From Octopus vulgaris (lineage: Eukaryota), in the NCBI GenBank assembly GCA_951406725.2, contig OX597814.1, forward strand, positions 148,304,001 through 148,368,000: a DNA stretch of 64,000 bases. Reading direction: 5' to 3'. The position numbers and the translations under genes were made by a program. Below are positions 23,060-37,260 of the stretch, one piece after another (the stretch's first letter is position 1; each line of letters begins with the position of its first letter). Below the pieces are notes generated by a model. The model was not told the DNA's origin. It did not search any database and was given only the letters and a program-made list of their open reading frames with translations.

Positions 23060-26000
23060 TGTATGGATATATTCATATATATATATATATATATATACAT
23101 ATATATATACGTACACAGCCATGCGCACACAGACACGCACGTACACATTCACATATATGCAGAGAAGCTGAAAGTGACAAAGAGAAGTGACTATCTATAT
23201 GTACAATCTATCAGTAGTCATTTATAAGTATATATTATTCCCGTCAACTTCAATCACTTTTTAACTCCAGAGCTTTATAAAACTTCACTTGATTTCAAAA
23301 ATCACCAATGTCGACATCTCTTATTAGTAAACTTCTGGGAATACAGACCGCTTTTTCATTAAGAAATAGCTATAGTACAAAAATCATTTTCTATTTATCT
23401 CTCTCTTCTCCACAATTCACTAGTAGAAATTTAAGCAATAATAACAATGTTAAATCGCTTTCTTTCTCGTTTTTTCTTTCTTTCCTTTTTATTTAATCCT
23501 TTCTTTCTTTTGATTGTCTCTCTTTTAAACGTATCAAGGAATAACATTAAAATCAGCTGAACGAAGAGACCGAGGAAAATTTCAGCATGAAAGAGTTCAT
23601 TATTTCACGAAACCGTCAATACGCTTGACCCCCAGGTTAAATATGCTGGAAAGTTTCACCATATTAATGCTTTCTATTGAGAGTGTTTTCATTTCCCTTT
23701 GGTAGAATTATAGTTTAACCAATCAGGTGCATTGATTGAACACTGTGTTTCCAATATTATCTAATCAGATAGACGTTCAGCTTAAGGCAATAAAAGCCGA
23801 AGTACGTTTAGAATAATCATTTGGACGTCAGTGGCCAAATTGGTACTACTGGACATGAGGGACTACAAACGTTCTTCAAATGAACAAGAATGATAAGTTG
23901 TACAGGCATCAGAAAATGCAAATATGGAAATCTTCAATTGGCAGCAGTTATTTAAGCTAAAGTGAATCAACAATGAAACTATACATATATTTATTAGTTG
24001 ATTTTCTTTTCGAGAACACTTTCTTAAGCCAACTTCCCCAAAGTTATCAAGTTATTTATTTTTGAATTAGATTTTCAAAGAAGGATATTCTAATTTGAAT
24101 TTGAAATCAAAGTTTGAAAGAAAGAGAAAACGGTTCAAAGCACACACAGCTCGAAGTTCTGTTGTTAAGTTAAGTTTATTTCATTTCATTGGCAAATTTC
24201 ATACATTCAAAGGAAACTTTATCCGGTAAGATAATCCAAATAATGTATTATACTCAATTTCTTAAGAAGTGAATTAAAATGTATTTCAGAATAATGCATC
24301 CAGTCTTCATTTTCTTTATATTTTTTGTTCGTTTTATGTATTTTGTGATTGACGTTGTATCACTTAAATATATTAGCGTGTAAATATACAGATAATTTAT
24401 TTCGCATAAGCAAACCAAGTCTTTCTCTGTTCGTATATGAATGTGGTACCAGGTGTTAATACAGAATTGACTGAGTAATAATGCTTTCATACATCACCAT
24501 TGCACGCATACACGAGCGTGTATATATCACATGGATGTATGTATATCGTCAAGTGCAAATTATTTGAAAAATATTCTTCCTTTACGTGTTCGAACGCATC
24601 ATGTGTGATATGAATTTTGGACAACACAAACACTCACTCAGGCAAGAGAACTGCAGTTCTAATTATCTCTTATCATGCATTCCAGTATCAAACGTTCACA
24701 GATCAGCCTTTACCTAAAGTCATCTAATTTTGCTCGTTTATTGAATACTACAATATTTGTCATCTTTGCAATGTCCTATTATTTGAAAAACGTTTACATC
24801 TGCATGAATGGTGAAATCACTGCCTTTATTTCTGATTAATTTCTCTGCATTGTTTCTGACTACGTCGATATCTGGATAGTTGTGTTGGTGAAATGGGTTG
24901 TTTGTTAGCCCTATTTAAAATTGAATGTAGCTGAAACGTATTCTAACTATGCCCCTTCGGTTTTTTGATGGGTACCTCTCTAAGTAAACTTTGTTCCTAG
25001 TTTCATAGTGGAGGTGAGATTTGAGAAATATTTGGTTGCCAAATGAAGAAATATGAACAACGACACAACTATACCATCATTTAAATCTATATCCTTTGTT
25101 CACTTGATAGCCATTTAAGTTCCATTGACTATCAATTATCTTACTAAAAAATGCATTACTAGTTTAATTAAAGAACAAAAGCGACACTTAATCCGGAAAG
25201 AAATACTGTTATTTTGTTTTAATTCATATTAGTGAATTCGATTAAGGCAAATTAGCGTTTGAATACAAAACAATAGAAAAAGGAAAGTGAAAGAGAAAAG
25301 GAAACCATCCCAAAAGATTACTTGGGAGGAAACATTGGTCATTTAATTTACATTTCTAAGAAAATAATAACATGATTTATTTATTGGCCACAGTAGTTTA
25401 TTTCACAGTGTTTGGTTTCGTGCTCATGGTACCATTACGTTTATTCTTCCACTTCGATATCATTATTAAGAAAGCGGTATTCATTAAATGTGTTTTTCAC
25501 TCAGGAACGAAATGAAGAGTATATCATCCTTTAGAGAGTCCACACGTTTAATGGAAAAGATAAAGGTATCCATAAGCCGATGATTTGACCCGAAGGCTTG
25601 TAATAGAAAGCCCTGTGAAAAACACCGATAAAGAGGCGGCGGTGTTAAGCCGTTTGACTGATTATTTCTACTACACAAATCGGCCATTACGTAATTCTAA
25701 TTACAAAAGCAAAGATTCGTCACATATAATGTGCGTCATGTCCTCGTTCGCTGCAAGGTCTCCGTCAATTCACTATACAGAATTAGTGAATTTTTTAAGG
25801 AACCGGGAAGGACGAACTCTAAATACTGCTATCTTTTGTCTGCTTCAAATAGTTAACCCTTCTAGTTATAATATCCTTCAAAATATCATGATCATCCACA
25901 TCAACATCATCTGAAATGTTATGTAGATAATAGTCATCGAATACAGCGAACTGTTACTCAGAATAAACCTGACGACAAACCGTTTCATCGGACAAAATAT

Positions 26001-26394
26001 AGTGAACGAGATGGCTTCACTAATGGTAGCTGTAGCAGATTGTAAGTCAGCTTCAACGATTTGGCAAGAAATTAATGGGAGCGAATGTTTAATTCACCGA
26101 CAAATGTTATCACATTGCACACAATAGTAATAGATAAAATAAAGGGTGGGTGGACATTGAATGGGGTAGTAATATCATTCGTATTCTTAAAATTTACAAA
26201 TTCTAACTAGCTACAGCCGTAGTACTTATGGTGAGAAGAAGTTGAAGTAAAGGAAAATGATACTGGTATAATAGAGAGGCATGGGAATAGTGCTATGATA
26301 TAATAAAGTGAAGAGATAGGAAAGAGGACAGACGATTATTAGAATAACGAGTAGCATAACAAAATGGAATTTAGAAATCAAATACTGAAATAAA

Positions 26395-26590
26395 TATCGT
26401 TTTCAAATTTAGGCAATTTAGGCAAGGACAGCAATTGAGAGGAAATGCTCAACTGGCACTTATGTTATCGGCCCCAAAATTATGAAAGGGAAAGTCGGCG
26501 AAATTTGAACTCAGGGCGTAAAGGCGGGCAAAATACCTCTGAGCATTTTGCACGAAGTACCAATGATACTGGCAGCTAGTCGCCTTAAAT
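26395..26590 (-). mobile_element. Diverged Nin/Deu-type SINE monomer
   Basis: TATGAAAGGGAAAGTCGGCGAAATTTGAACTCAG and a terminal CGCCTT match the reverse complement of the family head and core. Confidence 0.6.
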
Positions 26591-27055
26591 ACCGAAATAA
26601 ATATCAAAACCTAAAACAAGGGCTAGAATGCACGTGAGACATGCAACATAGATTCGAGTATGCAGTTTTGGTGTTCGCTATTCCCACAGGTGCATCATGA
26701 CACGAACGTCTATTCGCAAACTTAGTACATAGCACATGCTGATTTTGATGTCAAGTGATCGTTGGATATGGACGGTCATGTCACCATGAATTATGCAATA
26801 GCATAGCGCCACAGGTGATAGATTTGCCAGATCGATTATACGGATGATCTTCACTAGATTTATAATATAATACAATCCGAAGGGATAAATTCGAAGTTCG
26901 GGTTGAATAAATCTAAATACCATATAACATAAATTTTACTTCTATTTCACTATACCTCCCAACAATAATCCCACGGAGCAGAGTAAATTCTACTGAAGAA
27001 CCTCTCAAACACCTTTATGATAAACCTGTCAGTCGATTCAAAGCATCAGAATTAC

Positions 27056-27140
<85 letters not shown>

Positions 27141-29010
27141 TACACACACACGTGCACAAGCATGGATATATCTAAATTATTTCTTCAAGTATTACTAACA
27201 TCAAATTTTAGCGAGTGAAGGCTGGTGGCACGTATACTAAGAAGAAATACAACATTTAGAGGACTAACCTCTAAAAGTGGACAGCCTATATGCTAAACAT
27301 AGACGTCAAATCACCATTACCACGAAGATTGTGTTCTCAATAAAAAGCTCAGCAAAAAACCGTATCTCTGTATATGTGTGTAAATATATGTATGTATATG
27401 TATATGTAGGTATCATCGCGTCACAGAGAACAACGAAGACGCCTTTGTGGCCAAGAATATCCATAAATTTTGTTGTATCTCTTGTAAACGAATATTCAAA
27501 ACAGCATACAGGTTTTTCAGACGGTGGCATGTTTTCCCCAATGAACTATAGTTGGATCTAGTTGAAACAGTATTACTGAAGGTATGATGTTGCATTAAGT
27601 AAAACATTTTATAGCTCATTTCTCGCTATTCATAATATAATGAGAACATTATTGACAAACTTAGTCAAAAAAAATTATTGAAGAAATGTATAATAATCAT
27701 ACCCACGGGACGTTAAAATAGATCAGTGCTGAGAAAGTGACTGTGAGGTAAGAAGTTTGCTACCCATGTACGTGACAAATATTTCAACCCTACTGTGCGG
27801 CAATATAAGTAAGTCTCTCCTACCCTCGGGTTAAGCAAAGCGTTGTGAGCGCATTTGGTAGATCGAAGCTTGAAGTAACTTGTCGTATAAAAACACACGC
27901 ATATGTTGTGTGTGTTTGTGTGAATGCTTGTGTTTGTGTCTGCTTATGACCTCCACACCGCTTTACAACAGGTGTTGGTGTGTTTATGTCCTGTAAATTA
28001 GCGGTGGGTAAAATACATTAATAAAATATGAAGCGAGATTTTTTTTAATGTGTGCTACAATCACTGGGCTTGGTTCGTTCGACTAAAATCCTTCAAGACG
28101 GTGCTCCAGCAAAGCCAAAGTCTTATGACTAATACAAGTAAAGAATATCATCGTCTGGAGTATTTAGGCGTGGCCGGAAGTTTGTGACTGGCTCGTGGCC
28201 AGAAAAGCCGTTAAGGTATCTAAAGCTCTCATTGTGGAAGGGATATAATGCCACATTAAACGGAGGTAACTTGCATGAAATCATTTTAATTGTGGCTGTT
28301 GATAAAATACATTCCAGCCTTTTAATGAATAGTCTAGAGACACATGGGCGTTTGTATTTTCGGCCAAAAGTCATGGATAATGTAAATCTGATACAGACAC
28401 TTCATATGCAAAACACAATTTTCACACTTGCGTAACTCTCACATAAATGTTTCACTTGGTAAATAGAAATATACTGTGTGAGGTACCCACCAAATTATGC
28501 TAATATGTGTGTCCAGTTAATCACTGATAACTGATGAAAAAAATATAGGCGAAACGTGTTGAAGTGTCGATGAAGTGTGCATGAAGTATAATATTCGACT
28601 CGGAGAAAATACTTTGCATATGAATTGTACAAGAAATATTGCTCTACTGCGTCATCTCTGCTGATATGCTATTAAATTATGAATATATTTTTAATTGTTT
28701 CGGGTCAATCTTATAGTTTATTCTCACAGGTTATCCAAAGGGGTATTACCTTGAATTTAAACCTAGTTTTCTATTAGAAATGTATTATGTATCCTAATTT
28801 AGAATAGCAGTATTGTAATCTCTTCGATGCTAGACCAATTTTTATATTAAATTATCATGAGTTAGAGACTGTATTCAAAACGAAATTGTACTTAGTGTTA
28901 AGGGGTTGCAATAGAAATAATATCTCTTATCGAATAAAAGAAAGATACTTGAACTCACTTTAAATTTGTTTGATTCCTTCAGATTTATCGGACAATTCAG
29001 GTTAGCATAC

Positions 29011-29560
<550 letters not shown>

Positions 29561-29989
29561 TATATATATATATATACGCACACACACATGATTAATATCA
29601 CGGTAATAAAGATTTTGGAAATTTTTACTACCAGTGCGTTAGTGTATAGAAAAATTATATATGTGTGTGTATATATAATATATACCAAACCAGGAGGAAA
29701 ACGGTAACAAATCCATTCGAAAGGTAGACAAAACAAAATGTTCACACAAAACAATTTTCAACATATTTTTTGAAAACACTATAACAGCACCTTTCAACCA
29801 TAAAATGTTACACTAAACGCTGGGGAAAACCTTTTACGTTGTGGAACTAGGACGAATTTTCAGCCCGAACTCACTCGCCACGTGGGAAATAGTAGTCTTT
29901 ATATTTCGCCTACACCATAAAAGCACGTGGAAATCATACCACAGTTCTTCTTTACAGTGACTGTCATACTCTTGCGTTTAATTTCATAG

Positions 29990-31500
29990 CACCTTCCCAG
30001 TGTCTTCTGCAGCAGATATGTCTAACCTCTGAACAGGATTCCAGCTGAACTGGTCAGGCCCATGGTACTTCCACAGATGGTTCACATGCACAATTTTCGC
30101 GCGAAAACTCTTGCCTCCTGGAATCCGTTATGTTACATCGGACAACCGATTCATCATCGTACATGATCCTCCCCAATGACTCTGAAGCTTCGGCGACTGT
30201 CCCCTTTTCTGTTAAGGGTTATGAAACCACACTTCCCCACCCTGCTTAAAGTTGATCTCACTAGCCCTGGCGACATGCCGACGTTTCATAACTTCACCCG
30301 AAAAGTTCAGAGCTTCACTAACTTGCTGGTGTACCTCCGTCAGATTCGCTTGCATACGTATTACATAGCTGGAGGTTTCCCTAGGCAGCTCTTCACCAGA
30401 TGTTCTCTCAACATCAGATCAAATATGAGTTTCACTCCGTAGCTGAGCATCAGCTTTTCAGATATATAGCCAGGAGTTTCATGCGTCACTGAAAGATAAG
30501 TCAGCAATAACGCAGATAACTTCAAATTCCATTCTTGGTTAGTTCTTGTCGTAATGTCCAATTCAATTTCTCCACCATTCCATCTGAGTGTGGTCTGAAT
30601 GGGTTGTCATTGTATCCTTAGTCCCCAACAGCTTACAACACTCCTGAAATACAGCTGATTCAATATTCCTACACTGATCGAAATTCAACCCCTGAGGCAC
30701 ACGAACGGACAGAATAACTGGTCTACCAACACTTGCGCAACATTAGTTGCTTGTTCATAATGTATGACATAAACCTCTGGCCACTATGTGAAGTAGTCCA
30801 TAGTCACACATATACATTGATTTCCTCTCAAATACGATGCCATCATCCAGAGAGATGAGTGCTGCCTCCCAGTTTAGGCCCTCCATTACTCGATCCATGA
30901 GGCACAAGAATGTTGCACCAGCCGAATGGCATGATATTGAACTGCCACCAACATATGTCCATATGAAAATGCAGTCTTTTTCGGCAAACTTGGGTTAATG
31001 GTATCTGGCTTCCATATCAATTGTATAGAACCACCGGGTTCCTGCTAAAGCATCAAGCGTGTCGTCAATTCTTGGCATGGGATACGCATCCTTTACTGTC
31101 ACTTCATTCAGCGCGCTATTATCCACACAACATCTCACTGTCTCGTCTTTCGTCCGTACTAAAAGAACTGCTGATGAGCAGGAACTGCCCCGATTTTTCT
31201 ATTACTTCCTGGTGTCGAAATTCTTCCATCAATTCTTCAATTTCCCGTAGCTGATCTAGGTTCTTTCTTTGAGCCGGTTGCTTGATTGAGCGATTGCCTT
31301 CACTCTCGATATGGTGCTCTACCAGCTTCGTGCAACCGAGGTCTATGCCTCCCACAGAGATAACATCAGCATATCTCACTAGCAGCTGCCTGGACCGCAA
31401 CTTTTGATCGCCAGCTAAGCACTGGCGACTCCGTGCAAACAAATCTTGCAAATGCACAGGCAAACCACTTTTCTACCAACTACAACTGACGGGAAGCGCT
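29990..31500 (-). pseudogene. Ty3/Gypsy pol relic (RT N-terminal half fused to integrase)
   Basis: Minus-strand translations: DLGCTKLVEHHI..IKQP, KDAYPMPRIDDTLDAL, WQFNIMPFG, ALISLDD; then integrase-like VTMDYFT*WPEVY and C-terminal PKLQSHW..RLSDVT..VHVNHLW. Many stops and frameshifts; no LTRs seen. Confidence 0.8.
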
Positions 31501-32481
31501 ATCCTATTTCTCTGCTGAGTGTCAAGTTCCGTAAATGTCCTAAATCCCTGTTTGACGTATTTCATGTCAATGTAATTTCCGATCATTGAGTTAAATATAA
31601 ATTTCCAGGAATTTTAGAGTATACTTCAGTCTACTTAGCCACCTTAACAATTAAAGTTATTGTGTATATCAGATATGTGCTTATATTTCATATATGCATA
31701 TGTATATTTGCTATTTTTTTATGTATAAGATAAATATATTTGCGTGTTTATATATAGAATTCATTTGAATCAACGTATTTTATCATTCAGAGTTGAGCTC
31801 AGTATATACGTGTATATCCAATATACTACACATCTGTACATACCCGTACACATACCTATGCCTGTTCACACACATTTTACAAGTAGGCAAATTCCAGATC
31901 CAACTTAGGGAAGGTTCCAGTTATGGTGTTCGCATAAACTAAGATCTGAAATGGGTAAAAATTTCACTACAGCTGTTTCATACAAATATTTTAGTAATGA
32001 ATAATTGGATTACGTCTTGAAAAAGCCGTTTTCTTTAAGGTGAATTAAGAATTTAAAATTTTAGTTCGCAGAAAAAAACAGCAGAAGATGTGGAAAGTGA
32101 TTTCCTTTAGGCAAATCTCAAACCTAATGCGCGAATAAATATGTTAGAGTGTTTCTAGACAATGGACAAGCGATGAATAAAATTTGTTTACATCAAAGAA
32201 TAATATCCTTTGTCCTCAATCAGGATCACGTAGCACTACCTACATCTCGTCATTGATAGTGTCGTATTTCTCCATTTTCCCTTTTTATACGCCTCTCTGT
32301 ATTTACTCTCGCGTCTTTCAACCAACTTCAGCATTCTCTCCCTGCTACCAAACCACGTTCATACAGCGAATTTCCCCTTCTGCCTCCTACCGGCCTCTAT
32401 AAATAGATCCCCTCTCTCCATTGTAATATTCTCTCCTACCTTTTTCCGCTTCTATTTGCATTCGCAATACCGTTCACACTT

Positions 32482-32751
32482 TATTTACATTATTTACATT
32501 ATTTACATTTGGCGAATAACACAAATGTTCGGCTGATATAACATCCAGCCTTCATCAGGTGTCTTGGGGAAATTTCGAACCTGGATTCTCATTCCTAAGG
32601 TATTTTTCGACGTTGTTGTTATTATTACTGATGAAGGCTGGAGGGTATATCAGCCGAAACGTTGTTTTAACAACAAACAAGATGAGGACAAATATCGTCA
32701 AATGTAAATAATGTAAATATTGTACGTAATTCCTTATCTCTTAAATGTAGA
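32482..32751. mobile_element. Fold-back hammerhead element with a 13-bp TSD
   Basis: TSD ACCGTTCACACTT at 32469-32481 and 32752-32764. Antisense arm TTCGGCTGATATAACATCCAGCCTTCATCAG (~32528-32558); sense HHR at 32628-32665. Confidence 0.75.
32628..32672 (+). ncRNA. Hammerhead ribozyme motif
   Basis: CTGATGA-A-GGCTG-gagggtatat-CAGCC-GAAAC-GT(T)... Stems I and III are imperfect. Confidence 0.65.
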
Positions 32752-32934
32752 ACCGTTCACACTTATCTGTTATCTGTTCAAAAAACAACTGACACACGGT
32801 CTTATTTTCAACTTGAGAATGGCGGAATAAAGTATTATTTCGATCAGGAACACTCTGGGTAACTGCATTTAACAGATTTGTGGGATTTTTTTTCTTGAGA
32901 TTATCTATTTATATCTCTTCCTCTCTCTCTCTCT

Positions 32935-32979
<45 letters not shown>

Positions 32980-32983
32980 TATA

Positions 32984-33045
<62 letters not shown>

Positions 33046-34367
33046 TATATCTATATAATGTATGTATATATGTTCATAAGTATCAGCTGATTAAATGCAC
33101 TCTTCTGTTTCTTAACATAGAAACAACATCCGGAAGGAAGGTAATCTCTTTGACGTATTTCATTTGGCACGAAATATCCTAGAATTTGATTCACATCGGA
33201 AGAAGGAAACAATCTCGTTAGCTGCATCCTGTAATAATTGTTTCGTTTTCAACAAAACTTCTTTTTTTGATGGAGTTGGGACGTCTTCTTTTCCTTATTA
33301 TGATCTCATTTTATTTGTGCGGGATTTATGTAATGAATTTCCGAACATCCTTTAATGTACAGTGCATAGTATTATTAAGTGGATTCTGAAGTTGCGGTAT
33401 TCGTCTCAAGATGTATGCGTGCATAAGTTTAGATTATTTTAGGAATCAAATACATTTTTATTATTGCACCTTCATCTCTTCTTTTTTCCAGTATCCCGAA
33501 TGTATATCAAAGGCAAATGAATTCTGTTTTACTGAGAATACAGTTGTATTCCTGAAAGCTGTCCTACATTCATTTTAATAATAATCGTCCGTATATAAAA
33601 TGATATCAATTACAAGATTGTATATTTTATTCTTGAAAATCTATAAATAAGCACGAATTCTATATAATTTATCCGTGTATGTGTACCTTGATGATCTATA
33701 AAATTCACTTGGATAATTTACCATCGTAACTTGCGTGAAGTTATTAGAGCTACCGATTCGTGTGTTAACGCTTGTCATTCGAAGGTCTGGTCGCTTTTAT
33801 GTCAGGATAGACAGCAGCGATATATTTGTATACGAAAGTGTGTCTGTAGGCGCGTAGTAGTATCAGAAAATGGGCACCTACCGAAGTGCGAAGATAGCTA
33901 TATGTGCTGATCAGTGTGTGTGTGGGGGGAATTTTGTTGGATATGTGCGGGTATGTGCAATTTGTGAAAGTTATGAACGACATCCTTGTAAGTTATTGCA
34001 CTACTGGAACATAAGTTCCACTCGCTATAATTGCATCGCTCCCTCATTCATTTACACCTCGTCAAATAAAAATATATATGCCTAAACACTGCATGGTGCT
34101 AATATTATTGTAATGTATATGATTATATATATATACATATTCATGTACATATCTATGTATTAAATATAGTTCTAGATATTTTCCCGAACACTTAGGGGTG
34201 AACCCAAATTCTCATAGTAAACTTGTCCGTCATCACTGAACTCATTTAACATTAGGCGACTTCAAATACTGCATATTTAGTCTGAAAATATGTTTCTTTT
34301 CCTACAGATAGACACACAAGTATAGACATACAGGTATAGAAATGTCTGCGTGTACACAAATATATAT

Positions 34368-34750
34368 ATAAACTTAGATAAACTTAGATATGTTTCGACC
34401 AAAGATTGGTCCAGGCCATGTCTAACTTAATAGCACCACCTGATAGGATTATTCGAATCCTGTTTAAGTCAAGTTTTGTTTGAGTCAAGTTTTGTTCAAG
34501 TAGTGAGTTCTTGTTGGGTGAGTTGTATCCAGTTTTGTTCAAGTAGTGAGTTCTTGTTGGGTGAGTTGTATCCAATTAAGGGTGGCTTATCTGGTATTTT
34601 TTTAAGGAATCTATCCAGACTCTCTTTAAAGTTGATGGGATCCTTTTCCTCTTTGATCTCCCTCGGGACAATGTTAAATAGGGCAGGGCCCGTTGAGGAA
34701 AAGAAATTATGTTGCAGTGTACATGTATGTTGTGATCTTGAATTGGGCAT
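34368..34750 (-). mobile_element. 3' fragment of a second CR1-group-like LINE
   Basis: ORF 34496..34750 reads FSSTGPALFNIVP..FKESLDRFLKKIPDKP..GY..NSLL, like a LINE ORF2 C-terminus. The 3'UTR ends in an (ATCTAAGTTT)2 tail. Internal ~43-bp tandem duplication at 34490-34574. Confidence 0.6.
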
Positions 34751-35340
34751 ATAAGTTTATATATTAAATATACATTTAGATGCATATATATTTTTAAACG
34801 GTTGAATGCGAGTTCGGCCTTTAATTGGAGTAATATCCAAAGATTTCTAGCGTTGTTTCTTCATACTTTACTTTTGAATTTACTAATGTAAATTTATGTA
34901 GATATGAAAACTTATATAGAAATATAAAGTATATGATTTATCTTATTAAACACTGTTTAACAAATTCATTCATATTTATGGAAACGGAGGAGATTAGATG
35001 TTAAAATGGATTGTAGTTATATTACTCATGTTGCTATACAATTTGTTTCCTATAGAAAAACAGAGTATATGTCAGAAAGTACTCGTCGATAGCTTAGATA
35101 AAATCTAAAAAGACGTTAGAATTACATAGGTATGGTGTTAGTAATCACCTTGTAAAGTGCTCTTGATTCTGGAGTCATGTCCATCCTAAACAAGTCTTGT
35201 TTAGAATGGACATGACAGATCGTATAGAAACAGGAGTAATAAAAACTACAATCCATTTTAGCATGTAATCTCCGTTTACATAAATGTGAATGAACTTGTT
35301 GTATTGTGTTTAATAAGCTAAATCATATATTTAACAATTC

Positions 35341-35419
<79 letters not shown>

Positions 35420-36786
35420 GCACACACATATGCATATATGTATATATATGCATGTACTTACATATATATGTATATCTACATACATATGTGTCTGTCTCTG
35501 TTTACACACACACACACACACATATATATATCTATATATGTACACACATATGTTCATATATATATAAATGCAACTACGTATGCATATATGTATATACGAA
35601 TATATGACCATTTCTCAAAATCATCTTAAATGCATTTTGAAGAAAACCAACAATGCCGTATACGTAATCAAAAAGAAATAAATGGATGTATCTTAAGATA
35701 AAATATATTTTTCTCTTTCCATATATACGACTTGAACTGACTGCTGAATAAATCAGTGTACATTTTGGATATATCTGCATATGTGTACACTCTCAGACAC
35801 AAACCACAAACATAAGTACATGTATATGAATGTGTCTCTGTGTATAATTGTTGTTCAAACCATTCTTGAAAACAGGAATCCGTCTGAGTGAATAGAGTTT
35901 CATAATCTAGTTTAGCGTGATATATTATGTATATGAACTGAATCAAAAACACAGTGAAGGAATATATGTTAAATTAGATATTACATTCCATCGTATCTCA
36001 CCTATATTTTTTTTTCAATTCAGTTTCTGCTCGTATTATATAATATAATCAGATATTATATGATACAAATATGTAGATCCCAAATGTGAGATGCCGCTCG
36101 ATTTCTTTAAAACGTTTCAGCACTAGATGTATTTCTAAGGGCGAGTTTTGGGGTTCGCGTCTCAATTCAATTTTCGTACATCATAAAAACGAAATATTTT
36201 CAGCTGTTTGTAGCGATGTCCTCAATATTTTGAATAGCGTCCAACACACTTTCAACACAACTCAAGTATATACTTCCGTCTACACTTCATTTAAATGGTG
36301 TTTCCCACATTTAATCTTGCGGTTCCACGTCCGGTACAAAGTACTTCTAATGCAGGACCCATTGTTTTAAGAAATATGCACCGGATTCATCGCTTTATCT
36401 ACAGATACATATGTTGTTTATGGGTTTTTTAAGTACATAATTCGAAATTTAACCACAGATTATGATAAAACACTAAAATTAAGCATATCTTGATTATTTC
36501 GTATTATTTGATTTCTTTCATACACATACAGATTAGAGAGCGAGAATGTATATTAATCAATAGAATGATATATAGATTGTGAGACATTTGTGTATTTGTG
36601 TAATGTGATATATAAAAGTGTGTGTGAAAATGAATCACCAGAATATGTATGCACGTGTGCTCAAATGATGGCAACTTCTCTCTAGTAAGTCAGATTCATT
36701 TTAGCCCACTGTTCTTGAATCACCAGAGAAATTTATTTCTTTAACCCCCAACTTCCTGTAAGAGTATGACATTTATCAAGGAAACT

Positions 36787-36921
<135 letters not shown>

Positions 36922-37260
36922 AACTAAAAATAAGGGTGTCTGAGAGACACCACCATGCCGAAATAGCAGTCAAATTCCCGACTCTAAAAGCCACCTTGAA
37001 ATGTTCATATCGCACCATGAGATAAGACAGGGAATTATTCAGTAATATTTTTTTTTGCTAGTCTATTTTGTCCCCCTGTCTTATCTCATGGTGCGATATG
37101 AACATTTTAAGATGGCTTTTAGAGTCAGGGATTTGACTGCTATTTCGGCATGGTGGTGTCTCTCAGACACCCTTAATTATTACCTTTGTATGGTATTTAT
37201 TCCCATGCTGGCCACTTGATAATATCGATATCTAAATATCAGTATTATCCTTATTTATAA
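36922..37260. mobile_element. Fold-back element, family B (arms 36930-37032 / 37074-37176 plus a right-hand tail)
   Basis: ~100-bp inverted arms with few mismatches, preceded by (TG)n(TA)n. Shares TTTGACTGCTATTTC and ACCCTTAATTA with 50549-50845. Confidence 0.7.

Noticed and set aside
25585-26100. Possible Tc1/mariner transposase relic
   Set aside because: Only a vague resemblance (EGRTLNTAIFCLLQIVNP). No DD(E/D) motifs or TIRs could be confirmed.
28530-28562. CTGATGA...GAAAC hammerhead-like spacing
   Set aside because: Stem II cannot form (AAAAAATATAGGC). At best a dead relic.
33150-33480. Possible second decayed PLE endonuclease fragment on the minus strand
   Set aside because: Similarity to the GIY-YIG region is too weak to support by eye.
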